Of a DNA stretch of 64,000 nucleotides, positions 26,832 to 39,974 are shown in pieces. Position numbers and translations under genes: made by a program. Position 1 is the first letter of the stretch, and every line of letters begins with the position of its first letter. The notes under the pieces are model-generated. The model was not told the origin of the DNA and did no database searches. It saw only the letters and a list, made by a program, of their open reading frames with translations. This DNA comes from Fimicolochytrium jonesii (taxonomy: Eukaryota), in the NCBI RefSeq assembly GCF_025526975.1, contig NW_026515703.1, positions 1 through 64,000 on the forward strand, given 5' to 3'.

Positions 26832-28902
26832 ATGGCTGAAACATCTTACGGTCACTGGGATGAGTTAATCCCGTCCTCTCCCGGTTTGAAGACGATGCAT
26901 GGGTTGTACCTCTTTCTAGGTAAGTGAAAGACGCCGCGAGTCTCATTGCCTTATGCGGCCTTGATAGAGAACTCGGGTTGATCAACTTTACTTTCCAATT
27001 CCAGGAGTGTCAATCTGTTTTCTGTCTCTGTTCTCCCTCGTCATCAAAAACCGCCTCTTTCTATCGAACGCGCTGATAGCGTCCATTCTTGGAGTGATCT
27101 TTGGACCGCGGTTACTCGGGATCTTTGACCCTTACCAAGCCTTTGACCAAAACATCTACTGGGTGCTGTTGGAGTTGTCGAGAATCATTCTATGCATTCA
27201 ATGCACGGCCGCAGGAGTCTCATTGCCGGGAAGCTACGTGATGAGGGAATGGAGGAGCCTGGCAGTTTTGCTCGGAGTGGGAATGATTGGGATGTGGGTT
27301 ATTAGTGCCGCTGGGCTTTGGTTGATTCTTGGGCTCGATGGGGTAAGTGGCTTGATTGTACGTGTGGAGGCATCAAAAAGCGTTTGGCTAACAGCGCACT
27401 TTTCAGTGGACGGCTTTCATCATTGCCGCTTGTATCACGCCAACGGACCCCATCCTCGCAGGCTCCATCCTGGAAGGCAGATTCGCCGAGCAGCATATCC
27501 CTGTCTACGTCCGCGACATTCTTACGGCCGAATCAGCCGCAAATGACGGTCTAGGTTTACCCTTCCTCATGTTGGTCATCTATCTCCAACGCTTCGACAA
27601 CAAGGGCGAGGCGATCGGCTTGTGGCTCGGCAAAGTAGTACTCTACCAAATCATGCTGTCCATCGTCGTCGGGATGCTCTTTGGAATTGCATCAAGAAAA
27701 GCCCTCAAGCACGCCGAGCACAAAGGGTGGATTGATAAAGCCCCGTTGCTGAGTTACTCGATTGCGCTGGCGATCTCTGTAACCGGTGTTATGAGCTTGA
27801 TGGGTGCGGATGATATCTTGGCTAGTTTTGTGGCGGGGACCATGTTCACTTGGGTAAGACTGGACCTCAATTCTCAGAGCCTAGCTACGAGCGCTTCACT
27901 GAACCCCATGGCTCGCTGCAGGACATGTGGTTCAACAAGCAGATTCAGCACTCCCACCTGCAGGAAATCATCGATATGCTACTCGACCTTGCGTACTTTA
28001 TCCTCTTTGTAAGTTGCCTTAGGCAGCTCAGTCCTTATGACAGTTTTTCACGAAGCATATGATCCTGAATCTGAACTTTCCCAGGGCGCGATGTTTCCCT
28101 GGTCGTCATTCGGCACCGTTCCCAGCCTCTCGGCATGGCGAATAATCCTTGCATGTCTGTTCATTCTGCTCTTCCGGCGGCTTCCGGTCATCATGTTGCT
28201 AAGGCGGTGGGTTCCCGCTTTGAAAACAAGGAAAGAAGCATTTTTCTGCGGTGTAAGTCATCCAGCTTTATCTTGCTTCATCCTTATCATTGACACTAAG
28301 CATTATATCCCAATCGAAAACAGTGGTTCGGTCCAATGGGAGCCTCCGCCCTCTTCTACGCCATGCTCTGCATCACCTACCTCGAGCTCCCCGCAGACCC
28401 AATCTTCCCCATCGTAGCGGCCTGCGTCCTTTCCTCCATCATCGTCCACGGCGGCACAGTCTCCCTCTTCCATTTCGGCATCACGCGAACGCAGACGTAC
28501 AGATCGTGGAGGGACACGGGGCATGGGGGATGGATGGCGTTCACGCGGTCGATGAGGGGTGTGAGGACGCTGGTGATGCAGGAGCGGCAGGGGGATGATC
28601 ATGACGGGGCGGTGAATGGTTGGAATGGGGACATGGAGGAGATTGCTGTGGATATCAATGAGGAGGGTGCTGCGAAGAAGAGCGTCGTGGTCACTGATCG
28701 AGCCGGGTCACCGGAAGACACGCATCATTGTCCGGAAGGAGATTTCCCACTTCATCGCGTAGCGGGTGTTTTGGAGGCGGCACTGAGTGACCGGCTGCAT
28801 GAGGCCACTGTGGAGGTTGTTGATCAGTATCGGAATGAAGAAACGGGCGATAGGGTTGCGGTCTTGGAAGCCAGGCTGCCTGAGCTGGCTCATTCGGAAT
28901 AG
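26832..28902 (+). CDS. Na+/H+ antiporter (CPA1, Nha1/Sod2-like), multi-exon
   Basis: CITPTDPILA, ESAANDGLGLPF, DDILASFVAG, LFRRLP and WFGPMGASALFY motifs. Confidence 0.9.
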
Positions 28903-29193
28903 GGGAACTATCATTCATAAGTTTCGTACAATAGACGTTGGAGCTTTGAGAACGAGTCCGAAGCCGGTTGTACAGTACAATACCAAAATAGAGCACCGGT
29001 GGCCTCGAAACGTTGAAGCTTTGAAAACCGCGCTCGCCAAAGATGTCATGGGCATAAGGGCCGGGCTGTACGCCAATAAAGCAGATCTGTGCACGTGACC
29101 TGCATATTTAAATGTCGTTTCCCCAGACAGCCAGATTTGAAGATTTCCGGGAAACTCAGACACCTCCCTGTAACTTCCCATCAACACAACAGC

Positions 29194-30399
29194 ATGCCGC
29201 CCAAGCACTTATTATCCCTCGCCACCGCTGCCGGTAGGCACGGCCGAACGGCGTTCGCAAGAACCGTCGTGACACCTGCGACCGCGCCACTATGCCGACG
29301 GGTAAGCTATATCGTGGGAGAGATCACATAGCACGTCAAACGGAAGGCAATGTCAACTGATATGCATCTTTCACAGGCGTTTGCTACCACAATACGGGCG
29401 CGGGAGCAGGCAGGAGAGAAGTATGCAGAGAAGGCCGAGGACGTGAGCGCAAAGTATGCGAGTAAGACGAAGGGGATGACGCGGTTTTGGAAGACGGTTT
29501 CTATGGAGAGGGTTGGTGGTGCGTCTTACTCTAATCTCTGTTTTTGTCGGGCTACGGGAGGGTGGTATCCATAACCATTTTTTTTGATGTTTTTGGTTAG
29601 ACACCTTCCAAATAACCCTCGACGGCCGCCGCATGAAGACCCCCGACGGACACCCGATCGCCGTCCCCGCCAAACGCCGTACGTTGGCGTTGTTGATTGC
29701 GGGGGAGTGGGAGGGGCAGGAGAGGTTGCTGAAGTCGTATTCTTTGCCTTTGGTATGGGAGTTCAGAGTGTTGGAGAATGTGGGTGGGATGTGGGGCCGA
29801 TTATTGAGATTTTCGAATTTTGCCAGACGTCGATCGTAGTGAGAGCGCTGGACTCGTTCTCGGATAAAGCGATTAGGGAGGGCGTTATTGAGAATCTGCT
29901 CAAGTATGCTGATACCGATGCTACATGGTAAGTCTCTCATCGCACCTCTGCCCTCCAACGGAACCTGGGTTGACCTCGCACCCCCCCGAACAGCTATTTC
30001 CAAGACTACCCCGACTCCTTCGTCGCCCTCCAATCCACCCACTGGAAACCCCTCCACACCTGGCTCGAACACACCTACAACCTACACCTAAACACCACAA
30101 CCTCGATCCTCTCGATCAAACAATCCCCGGAAACAATACGCACCCTCCGGAACATAATCAGCGAGTTCGACGACATTGAGCTCGCGGCGTTTGAGAAGGC
30201 TGTGTTGTTTTCCAAGAGTTTTGTGGTGGCGTTGGCGTTGGTCAAGGGACGCGTGGACGTGGATGAGGCGGCAAGGGCTGCGAGGTTGGAGTTGTTGCAT
30301 CAGATTGATCGGTGGGGGGAGGTGGAGGATGCGCATGATGTGGATAGGGAGGAGTGTACGAGGCAGTTAGGGGCGGTTGCTTGTGTGGGGTTACCGTAG
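29194..30399 (+). CDS. ATP12: Mitochondrial F1-ATPase assembly factor Atp12 (ATPAF2)
   Basis: RFWKTV, LDGRRMKTP, LIAGEWEGQ, and ARLELLHQIDRWGEVEDAHDVD motifs. Confidence 0.92.
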
Positions 30400-30930
30400 G
30401 TGGGGAGAGGATAGGATTCGGGAGGCAGGGGTTTGTTCACGGCTCCGTTTGGGCTACCTGTTGAGTGGTTGATGTGACGGGCGTTCCAGGGATCATCCTG
30501 GAGCGGACATCACCTGCAAACCGGGCCGGGGATGGACTAGGGCTCTCTGGACGTCGTGAGGGATTCTTCGACATGCACCGACGCCGGCTGCCCCTCCTGT
30601 ACCCGCAACAAGCCTCCCGCCCCCTCCCTCTGGGAGGGGGGTAGACTAGACCACCGTGTAGTCCATAACTTATGTGTGATATATAGACTGTCTATCCCTT
30701 TTACGCATGCATGTAGCACAGATGTTTTGGGGCGGGGCCGACCCGATATCTCAACGAACAGATAGCAGGAGATACATGAAGTTGTTATGATTGATGTAGC
30801 AGTGGAGCTTCGGGGGGAATATATGGGGTTGTCTAAAAGATGCGATGATGCGAATACGTCTGGATGCCATTGTTTGTCGACAAAGACAACAAAAAAAACA
30901 AAAGAAGGAAAAGGTGCCTTCCACCCCCGC

Positions 30931-32380
30931 TCACGCCTCCGCACTCAACCGCAGCTCATCCCTCACCTCCGCGCTGCGTCGTCCCTTGAGGACATTCTTG
31001 ACGTAAAACTCGCCGGCCCTGTACGAGCTCCTGACCAGCGGGCCAGCGGCCACGTACAGGAACCCCATTTGGCGGGCGCGGTCGGCAAAGTGGTCGAACC
31101 GCGACGGGTGGATGTATTCGTGCACTTTCATGTGCTTCTTTGTCGGGCGCATGTATTGGCCGAGGGTTAGGACGTCTACGTGGTTTTCGCGGAGGGCTGG
31201 GGAATATAATAATCATGATAGAGGTGCTAGTGAGTGAGTGAGTACGAGTAGAGGCGGGATGAGGGGGACGTACCCGCCATAGCCTGCAGCACCTCCTCCT
31301 CCGTCTCCCCGAGGCCCAGCATCATACTCGTCTTTGTGATCAGGTCCGGTCTGACCCGTTTGGCGTGTTGAAGCACCGCCAGACTCTGCCTGAACGTCGC
31401 GCGTCGATCGCGGACGTATTTGGTGAGGTTCTCGACCGTCTCGACGTTGTGCGCGTACACGTCCAAGCCCGATCTCGCGACCGCTTCGACGGCGGTGAGG
31501 TTTCCCGCGAAATCGCCCGTGAGGCATTCGACCAGTATATGGGGGGCTTTTTGTTTGATCAGTTGGACTGTTTGTGCGAAATGGTGGGAGCCGCCGTCGG
31601 GGAGGTCGTCGCGGTCGACGGACGTAAGCACGACATAATCCAGGCCCCACCGTGAGATCGCCTCCGCGGTATGTTCTGGCTCATTCGCATCGAGGGGTTT
31701 GGGGGCGCGGTTGGTCTTTACCGAGCAGAATCGGCACCCGCGGGTACACTCATCGCCCATAAGCATGATCGTCGCCGTCGCCGTTTTGTCAGGGTTATCG
31801 GACCCGCCACCCCAGCATTCACCGATGTTGGGGCATTTGGCTTCCTCACAGACGGTATGGAGTTGCAGGCCGCGGAGGTCTTTTTTGATCCGGGAGAAGT
31901 CTTCGCCGATGGGGATGGATGTTTTGAGCCAGGAGGGGAGGCGGACGTGGGTTTTGCGGCGGAGGGCGGCGCCTGTTAGGGGTTTTTCCTTTGGTGGTGA
32001 TGTGGTTGATGGTGTCATACCATCGGCGGCGGCGGCGGCGGCGGCCTCAGCCTTCGCGATCGTCTCCTCGATCGACACGACGGGCTCACTGAGCTCCAGC
32101 GCCTCCTCGGCAGAGATGGTGTTTGGCGACGAGGTGAGGAAATCGCTAAAGTTGGGTCCGCCCTCTAGTTTGGCGGAAAATCGATCGCGAGACGCTTTTG
32201 CTGGTGCTGGTGCTGCTTTTGAGGGTGCGGGTGCTTCGTTGGAGGATGCTGTTGTTGCCATCGTCCGCTGGAGAAACGGATATGCAAGACGTTGTTGTTT
32301 AGTCATTCCATGGTTCTTCACGCCAGGGCGGTACTGCCAAGAAGCCCCCAAAAACTTACCATGTATCCCATCCCGGCCAT
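30931..32380 (-). CDS. LIP5: Mitochondrial lipoyl synthase (radical SAM)
   Basis: [21 protein letters not shown] and GPLVRSSY motifs. A short first exon MAGMGYM splices in frame. Confidence 0.97.
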
Positions 32381-33121
32381 CTTCACAACTCCTCTACTAC
32401 CATCCCTCACAGTTACATGAGCGGTACAATAGCCCCTCGGGGCCGCAGCCGCAGTGGTCCTAAAAAGGACTGCGGATGAAGGGCGGGGGCCCATTTTCGC
32501 TGAGTAAACGTTTGGTTGGGTGCTGCAAAAAACCAGGGTGCTGCGTCGACACCTGACTGACCCGCTCGTCGTCGCTCAAGGGGCACCGTAAGCTGCTGTC
32601 GGTCGACGAGTTCGGTGTGCAGTAGGTGCCGTTGAGCGCGTAGATCTAGAGTTGGTCGTGGGGGTGCCTTCCTCGATGAGTTAGTAGGCGTTGCGCTTGG
32701 GGGTTGTTGGGAAGTCTCTGAAGGGCTGAAAGGGGATATTTCGCCTCCGCCAACTCAGGTGGTAAAAAACATCATCGCCTCGCTGCGAGCGTTTGTAACG
32801 GTTCTCGAACTGAGCCAAGCGGCCTGGGCAGCGGGCAGGCATGATTTGGTCACGGATCTCGCCAGACGACGCCAGATCATATAGGAACCTCCCTGATGCC
32901 ATGCCCACAACGCGCTCCTTAGACGGGCCAATCAAGTCACAGCCTTCGCTGACCAATCAAATCACATAACCCAAACTCACGAAAACGCCATACTGTCAAA
33001 AGACCCCTACTCTCAATGCGTCTCGGTATGGACTTTCAGATTCAGATTTCTTGCTATAAGTCGGGACTGCATGTGCACGCAGGCGGATGGGCACTTTGCA
33101 TCACCATAAAAAACCTCAATC

Positions 33122-35118
33122 ATGGACCCAACATCATCTAGATCAAAAAGCAGATCCCGCATAAATGAAGACGTAGAAGGGTCCAAAAGATCTGAACCCC
33201 CTCGCCACAAGAAAACCCGCAAACCCTCGCTGGACATGGAGGACGAGGAGGCAAGAGACTTGACCGAACGACCAAAGAGTGGGACCCGCAAAAAAAGAAC
33301 ACATAGAGATCGCGACGCGGACCTTGATCATCAGCGGGATGTGGAGCGACAGGGACAAACATCGATGCGAAACGAACCTGACACGGAACCTGGATATACA
33401 AGTCGGGAGAGGGGCAGATCGAAACATGGAAAGGCCTCTTCCACGGCGACGCTCGATCGGAATGTGACTATTGATAATGAGGACGAGGCGAGGGCGGACT
33501 TGGGGCGGACGCGTGGGCACAGCAAGTCGAGGGAGAAATTACGGAGGGAGCGGGGGGAGGATGTTGATGACGGGAGAGGTGGCAGGATGGAGAGGAGCGG
33601 GTCTGTGGGGAAGCTGAGGAAGGCGGGGTCGAGTGGGAAGATGAGTAAGCAAGGGTAGGTGTGGACCTCTGATGCGAGATGTACTGCCAGAGGCGTGGTC
33701 GCAGCCTGACTTTTAGCCTTAGTAGTAACGTCTAGTTTTGCGATGTTCAAATCGCCAGGTACGGGTGCTAAGCGGCTATATAGGAAGGTCAACGGACCGT
33801 CAACCGGAGAAAGAGAAGTACATAAAGATCAAATCGCCAACGTCAGGTATGCGATTGGCGGGTCATCCATTTCACTGCCATGAGTATTTCTAAATATCAC
33901 CTCCCTACCAGACCAGTACGTGATCTTATCAACCAGTGAGCTGCAGCGTCTGGCCAAAAGGACCGAGCATGAGGCTGAGCGCGGAGATCTGCAAGCAAAT
34001 GAGGAACTGCCGGTTGTAACGCCAGACGACGTGACGGCGTATTATGTTCAAGGTTTGCTTTGCGTGCGTGCGTGCACATTTCTTAAGAGTACTTCTTGCA
34101 TCGTGTTTCTGACAATGTTGTGATAGAGGACGGCAGGTTCCGCCCGGGCTTTAGTCGGAATCCCCGACGCTCGAACCACCTCAACAACGAGCTTGAGATG
34201 GGTTACTACGGGCAGAAAGCCAAAGATGCGATGTTGATGCGCTTAGCAGATGTACGATCTACCCGTAAAGCGCCTCGTGAGCCCCCTTTCGCGCCGGAAC
34301 TGACTCCCCATTCTCATCAACAGACTCTGCAACGCGAAACGAACCATCTAACACATCTCCTCGCCGGGATCTACTGCGGTCTCTGCCTCCTTTCCCTGCT
34401 GCTCCTCCCAACCATCTCCTCTCTCGACTTACAACCGACGACAATAACAGCAAGCGACCTGCCCCATGAGCCCGCCTTCCGGTTTTTGGCGTTCTACTCG
34501 CCACACGCGAAAGTAGCGAATGTGATTTTCAACGTGTTTGCGACGGCGATGTTTCTGGACGCGGTGAATGTGTTCTATGGGGCACCTCGTGGGATGAATG
34601 AGACGGGCGAGGGGAGGGAACGATGGTGGTCGAAGAGGTTGAGCTGGGCGTGGGTGGCATTTTTTCTTGTCATTGGTGAGTCTGCAAAACGCGTCCAGTT
34701 GGAGGATTGTTCGACGGTTCCCTCAAAAAGTTTTGGGCTCACGGGTTCCGTGCGTTTCTCAGTGACATTCATAACATGGCTCGCAACGGTATTGATCACC
34801 CCGCTGGACGATCGGATCCACGAGTCGCAAAGTACCGCCGGTGCCGGACCATACGGAGATCCCGAATGGTATGTTCATATGCGCGCCCGGTCACGCTTAA
34901 CGATGACGATATAGTCGCAGCACGGTTTCTCACTCATTCCCAGGTTCTCCTCATTGGCTGCATTCCAGTCCAATCCATCGATTATGGAGGATCTATACCG
35001 GTGGAAGATCCTGAATTTGCTCCGCGGCGTGTTCGGTATCATTGCGTGGCTCCTTCTGCGGTGGATCAACAATCATCCGACGAATGTCATATGGGACAGG
35101 ACACAAGTGCTTGTTTAG
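33122..35118 (+). CDS. TMEM237-like ciliary transition-zone membrane protein, multi-exon
   Basis: Long charged N-terminus followed by four TM segments, with LAGIYCG, ..DDRIH.. and W.ILNLLRGVFGIIAW patterns resembling TMEM237 (recognised by eye). Confidence 0.6.
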
Positions 35119-35331
35119 CGAGTTTTCACGGCTTCTATGTGCAATGCATGTACACCATAGTTTTCCAAGCATTTGTTATGCAGACGGGGGGTCCTGGTCG
35201 TGGTGATATATATGTCCATGTTCAAGCACAAGCTCCATCTTGCCCTATTCTACTACGCCGCTGTGAATAGGTTTTACGTCCGTAACCCAAGATTCTGTCG
35301 GACCGAAAAAAGGCGCCAAACAGATGTACCC

Positions 35332-36014
35332 TTAGACAAGAGCGACTGCCTCAATCTCTACCAAAGCGTCGCGAGGTAAACGGGCAGCTGTTCCCGTTAA
35401 GCCCGGTTAGTCCACGACTTTCACAAAATGTAACCAAAGATCCATAGCACAGCACCTTGCACAGCCGAGCGAGCAGGCCTAGCAGATCCGAACGCCTTTG
35501 TGTACTCTTTGTTCATCGCATTGAAATCGTTCATGTCCTATGGGAATTGGGAGAGAAGTTGCAGAAATTCATACATCCCCTGGCCCTCTTGGCGATGAGC
35601 GACATACCTTAAGGAAAATGGTTGTCTTAACCACCTTGTCTACAGAGGTGCCAGCGGCCTCCAAAATGGCCTTCAAGTTCTTCAAAGCCTGCTCCGTTTG
35701 TTCTTTGATACCTCCTGCTACAAAGTCCATCTTCTTGGGGTCTACAGGAGTTCTATGCTTTAGAAGAGGATTTGAATTGCAGGCTAATATCTCGCCTCCT
35801 CACCAAAACCAAGCTGTCCGGCAGTGTAAAGGAAGCCGTTTGCGACGACGGCCTGGGAGTAAGGCCCGATGGCAGCAGGAGCGTTGGGAGTCTGGATAGT
35901 CTGGATGGACGACATTGTGCGTTGATACTGGAGTGGACACGGAGTAGCAGTGATGAGACGGGAACGCAGGAGAGAAGTCCTGAGAGCTGGTCGCAGCACA
36001 GCGTTGGCTAACAT
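35332..36014 (-). CDS. RidA/YjgF/UK114 enamine deaminase (Mmf1/Hmf1-like)
   Basis: APAAIGPYSQA, EQTEQALKNLKAILEAAG, VKTTIFL, PARSAV and LPRDALVEIEAVA across exons. In-frame ATGs at 36014 and 35915. Confidence 0.92.
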
Positions 36015-36210
36015 GGACTGGGGGGGGTGGCAGATGACGACCGTACTGTATTGTATGTATGTATGTATGTATGTATGTACTGTTCTTGTATGTAGTTGGT
36101 GTGTGTTCCACCCGTGTGCGGGATTAGCCAGTGCGCCTGCAGGTGCGCCTGTCCAACTCTCACTTTTTGTCACTTGCATCGCAGCGCATTCCGCTTCAGG
36201 CCAAAAAAGC

Positions 36211-36726
36211 ATGTCGCCCGTCGCTCCCGCCCAGGTCGTCCTTATCCCCCCAGACGCTGCGGCCGCTGCTGCTGCCCGCAACATCTCGCTCGCAGCCGTT
36301 CCGCACCTCCCAAACATAAACGTCTCGTTTCCGCACCTCCCAAACATAAACGTCTCTCTTCCGCACCTCCCCCCAAACAACTTCACCCTCCCGCACAACT
36401 TCACGCTCCCGCACATGCAAATCCCTCCCGGGCTCGTCACCCCGCTCCTGTTCGTCGCGGGCGGCCTCATCCTCGCCGTGCCCGTGTACTACTTGCTGCC
36501 TCTCCTGATTGCCTGCATTGGCTTCACGGCTCGAGGGGTCGTCAAGGGTTCACTCGCTGCCGCATACCAGTCGGTTGTTCTCGGCGGACTGATCTTCAAG
36601 GGCAGCGCGTTCGCTGTGATGCAGAGCATCGGCGTACTGGGCGCGCCGCGGTTCGGGCTGCTGCTGGTGGTACTTTTCCTGTTTGGCGGAGCTCTGTCCG
36701 TTTCGCTGCGCGAGACCACCGCTTGA
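36211..36726 (+). CDS. IFI6/IFI27 (ISG12)-like small membrane protein
   Basis: IGFTARGVVKGSLAAAYQS...GSAFAVMQSIG matches the Ifi-6-16 family pattern. N-terminal PHLPNINVS repeats. Confidence 0.75.
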   Translation: MSPVAPAQVVLIPPDAAAAAAARNISLAAVPHLPNINVSFPHLPNINVSLPHLPPNNFTLPHNFTLPHMQIPPGLVTPLLFVAGGLILAVPVYYLLPLLIACIGFTARGVVKGSLAAAYQSVVLGGLIFKGSAFAVMQSIGVLGAPRFGLLLVVLFLFGGALSVSLRETTA

Positions 36727-37512
36727 AGCACCCACGAGGATCCGTGTCCATTTTCTTTACCTGTAATGTGAGCGCAGTGCTTGAGCAACGAACAGTCCGT
36801 TTTGCGGGCGCAGGTTCCCGACACTCGCCGAGTGTACATTTACTCCGACTTATGCCAGCCCTGGCTGAGTCGTCAGCAGAACCGACGAGTACAAAAAACA
36901 GAAACTGAGGCAACGTACGAGGTCAGGGGGGTGGGGTTGCATTTGGGGAAGCTGAGGGATGAGGGGAGGGTTGTTTGTCGGGGGGAGGGGGAGGGGGAGG
37001 TTTGGGGAGATTGTTGATAGGGGGAGTGTGTGAGGGGGGAGGTTTTGATGGGTGGTGGGAGTGTGTGTTGGGGGAGGGGGAGGAGGATGGGGTTGTGGTG
37101 TGAGTGAGGGTGGGGGCGAGGCTACGAACCTGGACCGCGAGTTGGGGGTTTCTTGTACATATGGGGGATTTCTCTTCTATTTACCATTGTATTTGAGAAT
37201 CCGATGGCTGTTTGGCATACCTGAAAAGAGAAAATATGTACAGTGCATACAGTACGTACAGTACGGGTGTGGCCGCCCTTGTCGATAGCCGAACGAGGCT
37301 TGCGCGTCAAAGGCGGTGACGGGATGCCCGCGTTGCTTCCCCAGGCAGTGGCAGGCACAGTTTTGGGAAGCGAGGCGGAATTCGTCCACAGACACCCTGA
37401 TGCAAGACACATTTTCCCTTTTATAAAGTAAGTAAACCCCTCCAAGCCTCACCTCGTCTACCGTCTGTTGATCTAACCCAGCAAATCCTAGTTCATCTCC
37501 ACATAAGTAACC

Positions 37513-39027
37513 ATGAAACTAATTAGCAAACACATCGACAAAGACAAATCGGGCCGAGTGACCCTCCTCCCCGAAGAATCTGAGGACATGTGGCACGCCT
37601 ACAACCTGATCTCCAAGGGGGATAGTCTCAAAAGCACCACCATCCGGTTCGTCTCCCATTGTCACCATGTCCATTCAACCCGAGGGCATGTGGGTTAATG
37701 ATGCGTTTCCTTTTTGGGCAGACGGGTGGTATCAGAGTCAGCGACGGGGAGCACAGACAAGAGCACGGTGCGCACGGTGCTGACGATACAGGTCGAGGAG
37801 GTGGAATTCGACACCCAGGTGTGCATGTTGAGGGTCGCGGGGAGGAATGTGGAGGAGAACAAGTTTGTTAAGGTTGGTCTGTAATGGGGGATTGTGATGT
37901 AGTGTGCATAGCGGGGGGACGACCGGACTCACACACGCACGATGTTATTGACACATCAGATGGGAGCCTACCACACCCTCGACCTCGAACTCAACCGCAC
38001 GTTCACGCTCATCAAACCCGAATGGGACATCATCTCCCTCGACCGCATCACAACCGCGTGCGAGATCGCCAACCGCGCCGACGTCGCCGCCATCGTCCTC
38101 CAAGAGGGGCTCGCGAATCTGTGCCTGGTCACGCAGAACATGACGATTGTGCGGCAGCGGATCGAAGTGAATATCCCGCGGAAGAGGAAGGGGAGTAGCA
38201 CGAATCATGAGAAGGGGTTGGCGAGGTTTTGGGAGCAGATTTATCAGGCGGTGTTGAGACACGTGAATTTCGAGGTTGTGAAGGTGTTGATTGTGGCGAG
38301 TCCGGGGTTCTTGAAGGTGAGTGGGCTGAGGAATGTCGGCCCAACTTTCTGGGGAGCGAAGGGTTTTCGCCCGGGATCGTGCGAAGGCTCACAAATACAC
38401 GATGCGGATACACCACGCGCAGGAATCCCTCAACCAATACATCTTCGCCACCGCCATCAAAACCGACAACAAGCTCATCCTCGAGAACCGATCCAAGTTC
38501 CTGCTCGTGCACTGCTCCTCCGGCCAAAAACACGCATTAACCGAAGTCCTCCAGCAGCCCGCCGTGCAGGCCCAGTTGAAAGACACCAAATACGCGCACG
38601 AAGTACGCACCCTGCAACGCTTCTATACGGTGCTGGCGGCCGACCCGGACAAGGCGTTCTATGGGTTCCAGCACGTGGCGCTGGCGGCGGAACGGGCTGC
38701 GGTGGAGGTTTTGATGGTTACTGATGAGTTGTTTCGGTAAGTTTCTTGTCCCTCCGTTTTCTTTTTGTTCGGCGTCATGTGAATGATTTCCCACATACTC
38801 ATCCACCCGGGTTTTGCAACAGCTCAGCAGACATCCCGACCCGCCGCAAATACATCGCCCTCGTCGAGCAAGTCCGCTCCAGCGGCGGCACGGTCTTGGT
38901 ATTCTCGGCGCTGCATACGACCGGCGAGCAGCTGCAGCAGCTGACGGGGGTTGCGGCGATCCTGCATTTTCCGTTGCCGGATATTGAGGAGGTTGCGGAG
39001 GATGAGGCGAAGACTGGGGTGGCTTGA
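37513..39027 (+). CDS. DOM34: Pelota/Dom34 ribosome rescue factor
   Basis: PEESEDMWHAYNLI, GAYHTLDLELNR, IVASPGF, AFYG and TGVAAILHFPLP motifs. Confidence 0.97.
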
Positions 39028-39974
39028 GGGATTGGTGTGAGAGGAGATGTGGAGCGGTAGTTCTGGGGGAGTGGGGGGCGGCACGTGTGGTTGAGGGTGG
39101 GGCGGTGACGAAGAGTGTCGGAATGGGCGCCGACACCCCACCACTTCCGCGCAAGGGCCTACGGCACCCCCCGCATCACACATCCAGGCCAAACCAGCGT
39201 TGCCCGCGGCCACCTGCGAGTTGCTGTCGGATCACACACATGCCAGCGGCGGAATCCTCGAAATACCAACAAGTGGCTAAGTCACCAGACCAAACTCGCG
39301 GCGATATCAGGCTCGCCAAACTCCACGTCAGCTACGCTGGCGCGACATCCAACAGTCTGAAATATCCAAATCCAATGAACGACCCTTCCCGTCGGCCCAC
39401 CCGCTAATGATAACAGCAGCATTCACTTGAGAACGGGTGTATTTATATACTGTAATGTATTGTATATATTAGCAACATAGTTTTGTATAGCTCGTGGCTC
39501 AGTTTCAAAATGAACCGGAAATGGGGGGCGGATATCTCGCCCATGCGTTTCATTGGGGTTCGGATACCGCTGTCGTGGATTATACGAGTGGGCAGATGAC
39601 GTTTCCATCGGCCCTATTTCCGAACGGCAGAGTGATAAAACGTACACAGTGGAGACTCGGAACCGACTGTACAGCACAGACCTATACATACGCCTTCTCG
39701 CCTGACCCTCAGGAGACACCACTCAACCACCTACACAAACGTACGCTTCCCCTCCATCACGCCAATCTGCACCCACACAAGCGCCTCCTCACCCTAACGC
39801 TACAAAAGGGTTCCTCCTCCACCCCCACCAGGCCTCAGCCGACGCTCGGCGCCTACAACCGCCAGGCATTGAGTACTGGAGATGAGCGAGCACCTATCGG
39901 CAGCCAACGTACAAGTCTGGACTACAATATATGCCTTTGTTATGAAATAATTACATGAGAGCTCTCTACAAGCT

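Noticed and set aside
9972..39027. Rqt4 and Pelota as a ribosome-rescue gene cluster
   Set aside because: About 24 kb apart with many unrelated genes between, so likely coincidence.
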